From positions 352,001 to 416,000 of the forward strand of contig CAWCDG010000003.1 in assembly GCA_963794325.1 (NCBI GenBank): a stretch of 64,000 bases of DNA, written 5' to 3'. The notes under the pieces are model-generated. The model was not told the DNA's origin. It searched no databases and saw nothing but the letters and a program-made list of their open reading frames with translations. Below, in pieces: positions 63,245-64,000 of this stretch. A program made the translations under genes and the position numbers. Positions within the stretch are counted from its first letter, which is position 1. Every line of letters starts with the position of its first letter. This DNA comes from an uncultured delta proteobacterium (GTDB lineage Bacteria > Desulfobacterota > Binatia > Binatales > Binataceae).

Positions 63245-64000
63245 TCAGAAAATACTTAATAAACGTTTAGTTAACGAGGCGCTCTTCGCCACGTCCGAGG
63301 GTGCCAGCAGCGCGATCGACGCGATTGGCTTGCCGCCCTCGGTCACATTCGCGGTTCCGATCTGCTGTCCCGCTTTGAGCGGCGCTGCGATCGACGGCGG
63401 CAGATTGTAATCGACTTTGATCGCATTCTTCGCGTCGCCGCGCTTCAAGAACACCCCTGCATCGTCACCCCAGACCGGCTTGATACTAGCCGTGTCGGCG
63501 TTGCTTATCGCGACGGTTTGCCCGATCGGGGCGCCTTTCTTGGCGATCGGATGCATCTCGTAATTCAGAAATCCTTGCGACAACATCTCGGACGCTTCCT
63601 TGAAATTCGTCAGCTTGTGCTGACTGCCGAGCACCACCGCGATCAGCCTCAGGCCATTGCGTTTTGCAGTGGCGACCACGTTGAACCCTGCCTTGTCGTA
63701 GAACCCGGTCTTGAGCCCGTCGCATCCGGGATAGGTCCGCACCATGTGATTCGTATTGCGCAGGATGAAGGTCCCGGCGCGAAACGGCGCCGTGTCGATC
63801 GACGACCATCGCACGATGTCCGGATATTTGATCAGCTCGCGCGCGAGAATCGCCTGATCGAATGCGCTCGCGACGTCGGCCTGCTCGCCCTTCGACGGCG
63901 GCAGTCCGTTAACCGAGAAGTAGTGCGAGTCCTTCATCCCGATCGCCGCGGCCTGCTGATTCATCATCACGACGAACGATTCCGTCGATCCCGCGATATA
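63245..64000 (-). CDS. dacA: D-alanyl-D-alanine carboxypeptidase (PBP5/6), 5'-truncated by window
   Basis: FVVMMN, SAFD.A.LA, RNTN, DGLKTG (KTG), PBP5 C-terminal APLKAGQQIG. Confidence 0.9.
   Translation of the reverse strand, partial: YIAGSTESFVVMMNQQAAAIGMKDSHYFSVNGLPPSKGEQADVASAFDQAILARELIKYPDIVRWSSIDTAPFRAGTFILRNTNHMVRTYPGCDGLKTGFYDKAGFNVVATAKRNGLRLIAVVLGSQHKLTNFKEASEMLSQGFLNYEMHPIAKKGAPIGQTVAISNADTASIKPVWGDDAGVFLKRGDAKNAIKVDYNLPPSIAAPLKAGQQIGTANVTEGGKPIASIALLAPSDVAKSASLTKRLLSIF

Overview
This 64-kb window is GC-rich bacterial chromosome, densely coding, with about 60 credible CDS. I recognised no rRNA, tRNA, CRISPR array or transposase. The order rpmE-prfA-prmC-murA-hisD-hisB-hisA and the many CoA-transferases and LLM oxidoreductases suggest a Deltaproteobacteria-like soil lineage, possibly Ca. 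Binatota (inference only). The most striking observation is a membrane-anchored Hanks-type Ser/Thr kinase (27549-29069) with a WNK-like ('With No Lysine') active site. Its invariant beta-3 Lys is Ala (CALAE) and a Lys sits at the last Gly position of the Gly-rich loop (GGGGMK, like WNK1 GRGSFK). It lies in a tight four-gene operon with a dual-FHA membrane protein, a Zn-ribbon membrane protein and a PHP phosphoesterase. That operon converges on a ClC channel whose two central anion-binding residues appear substituted. Other candidate novel modules: (1) a PaaR-like TetR, an orphan ferritin-like di-iron protein and a PaaG-like isomerase; (2) an ECF sigma factor coupled to a cupin-cupin-VOC fusion; (3) a class I aldolase with a PfkB-SIS fusion; (4) a PadR/carotenoid oxygenase/hydroxylase/ABC cluster. 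The window also holds a DyP-encapsulin pair, tandem orphan Flp pilins, a Phd-RelE toxin-antitoxin pair and several families of intergenic palindromic repeats with compensatory base changes. All calls come from reading motifs by eye; no database searches were run.
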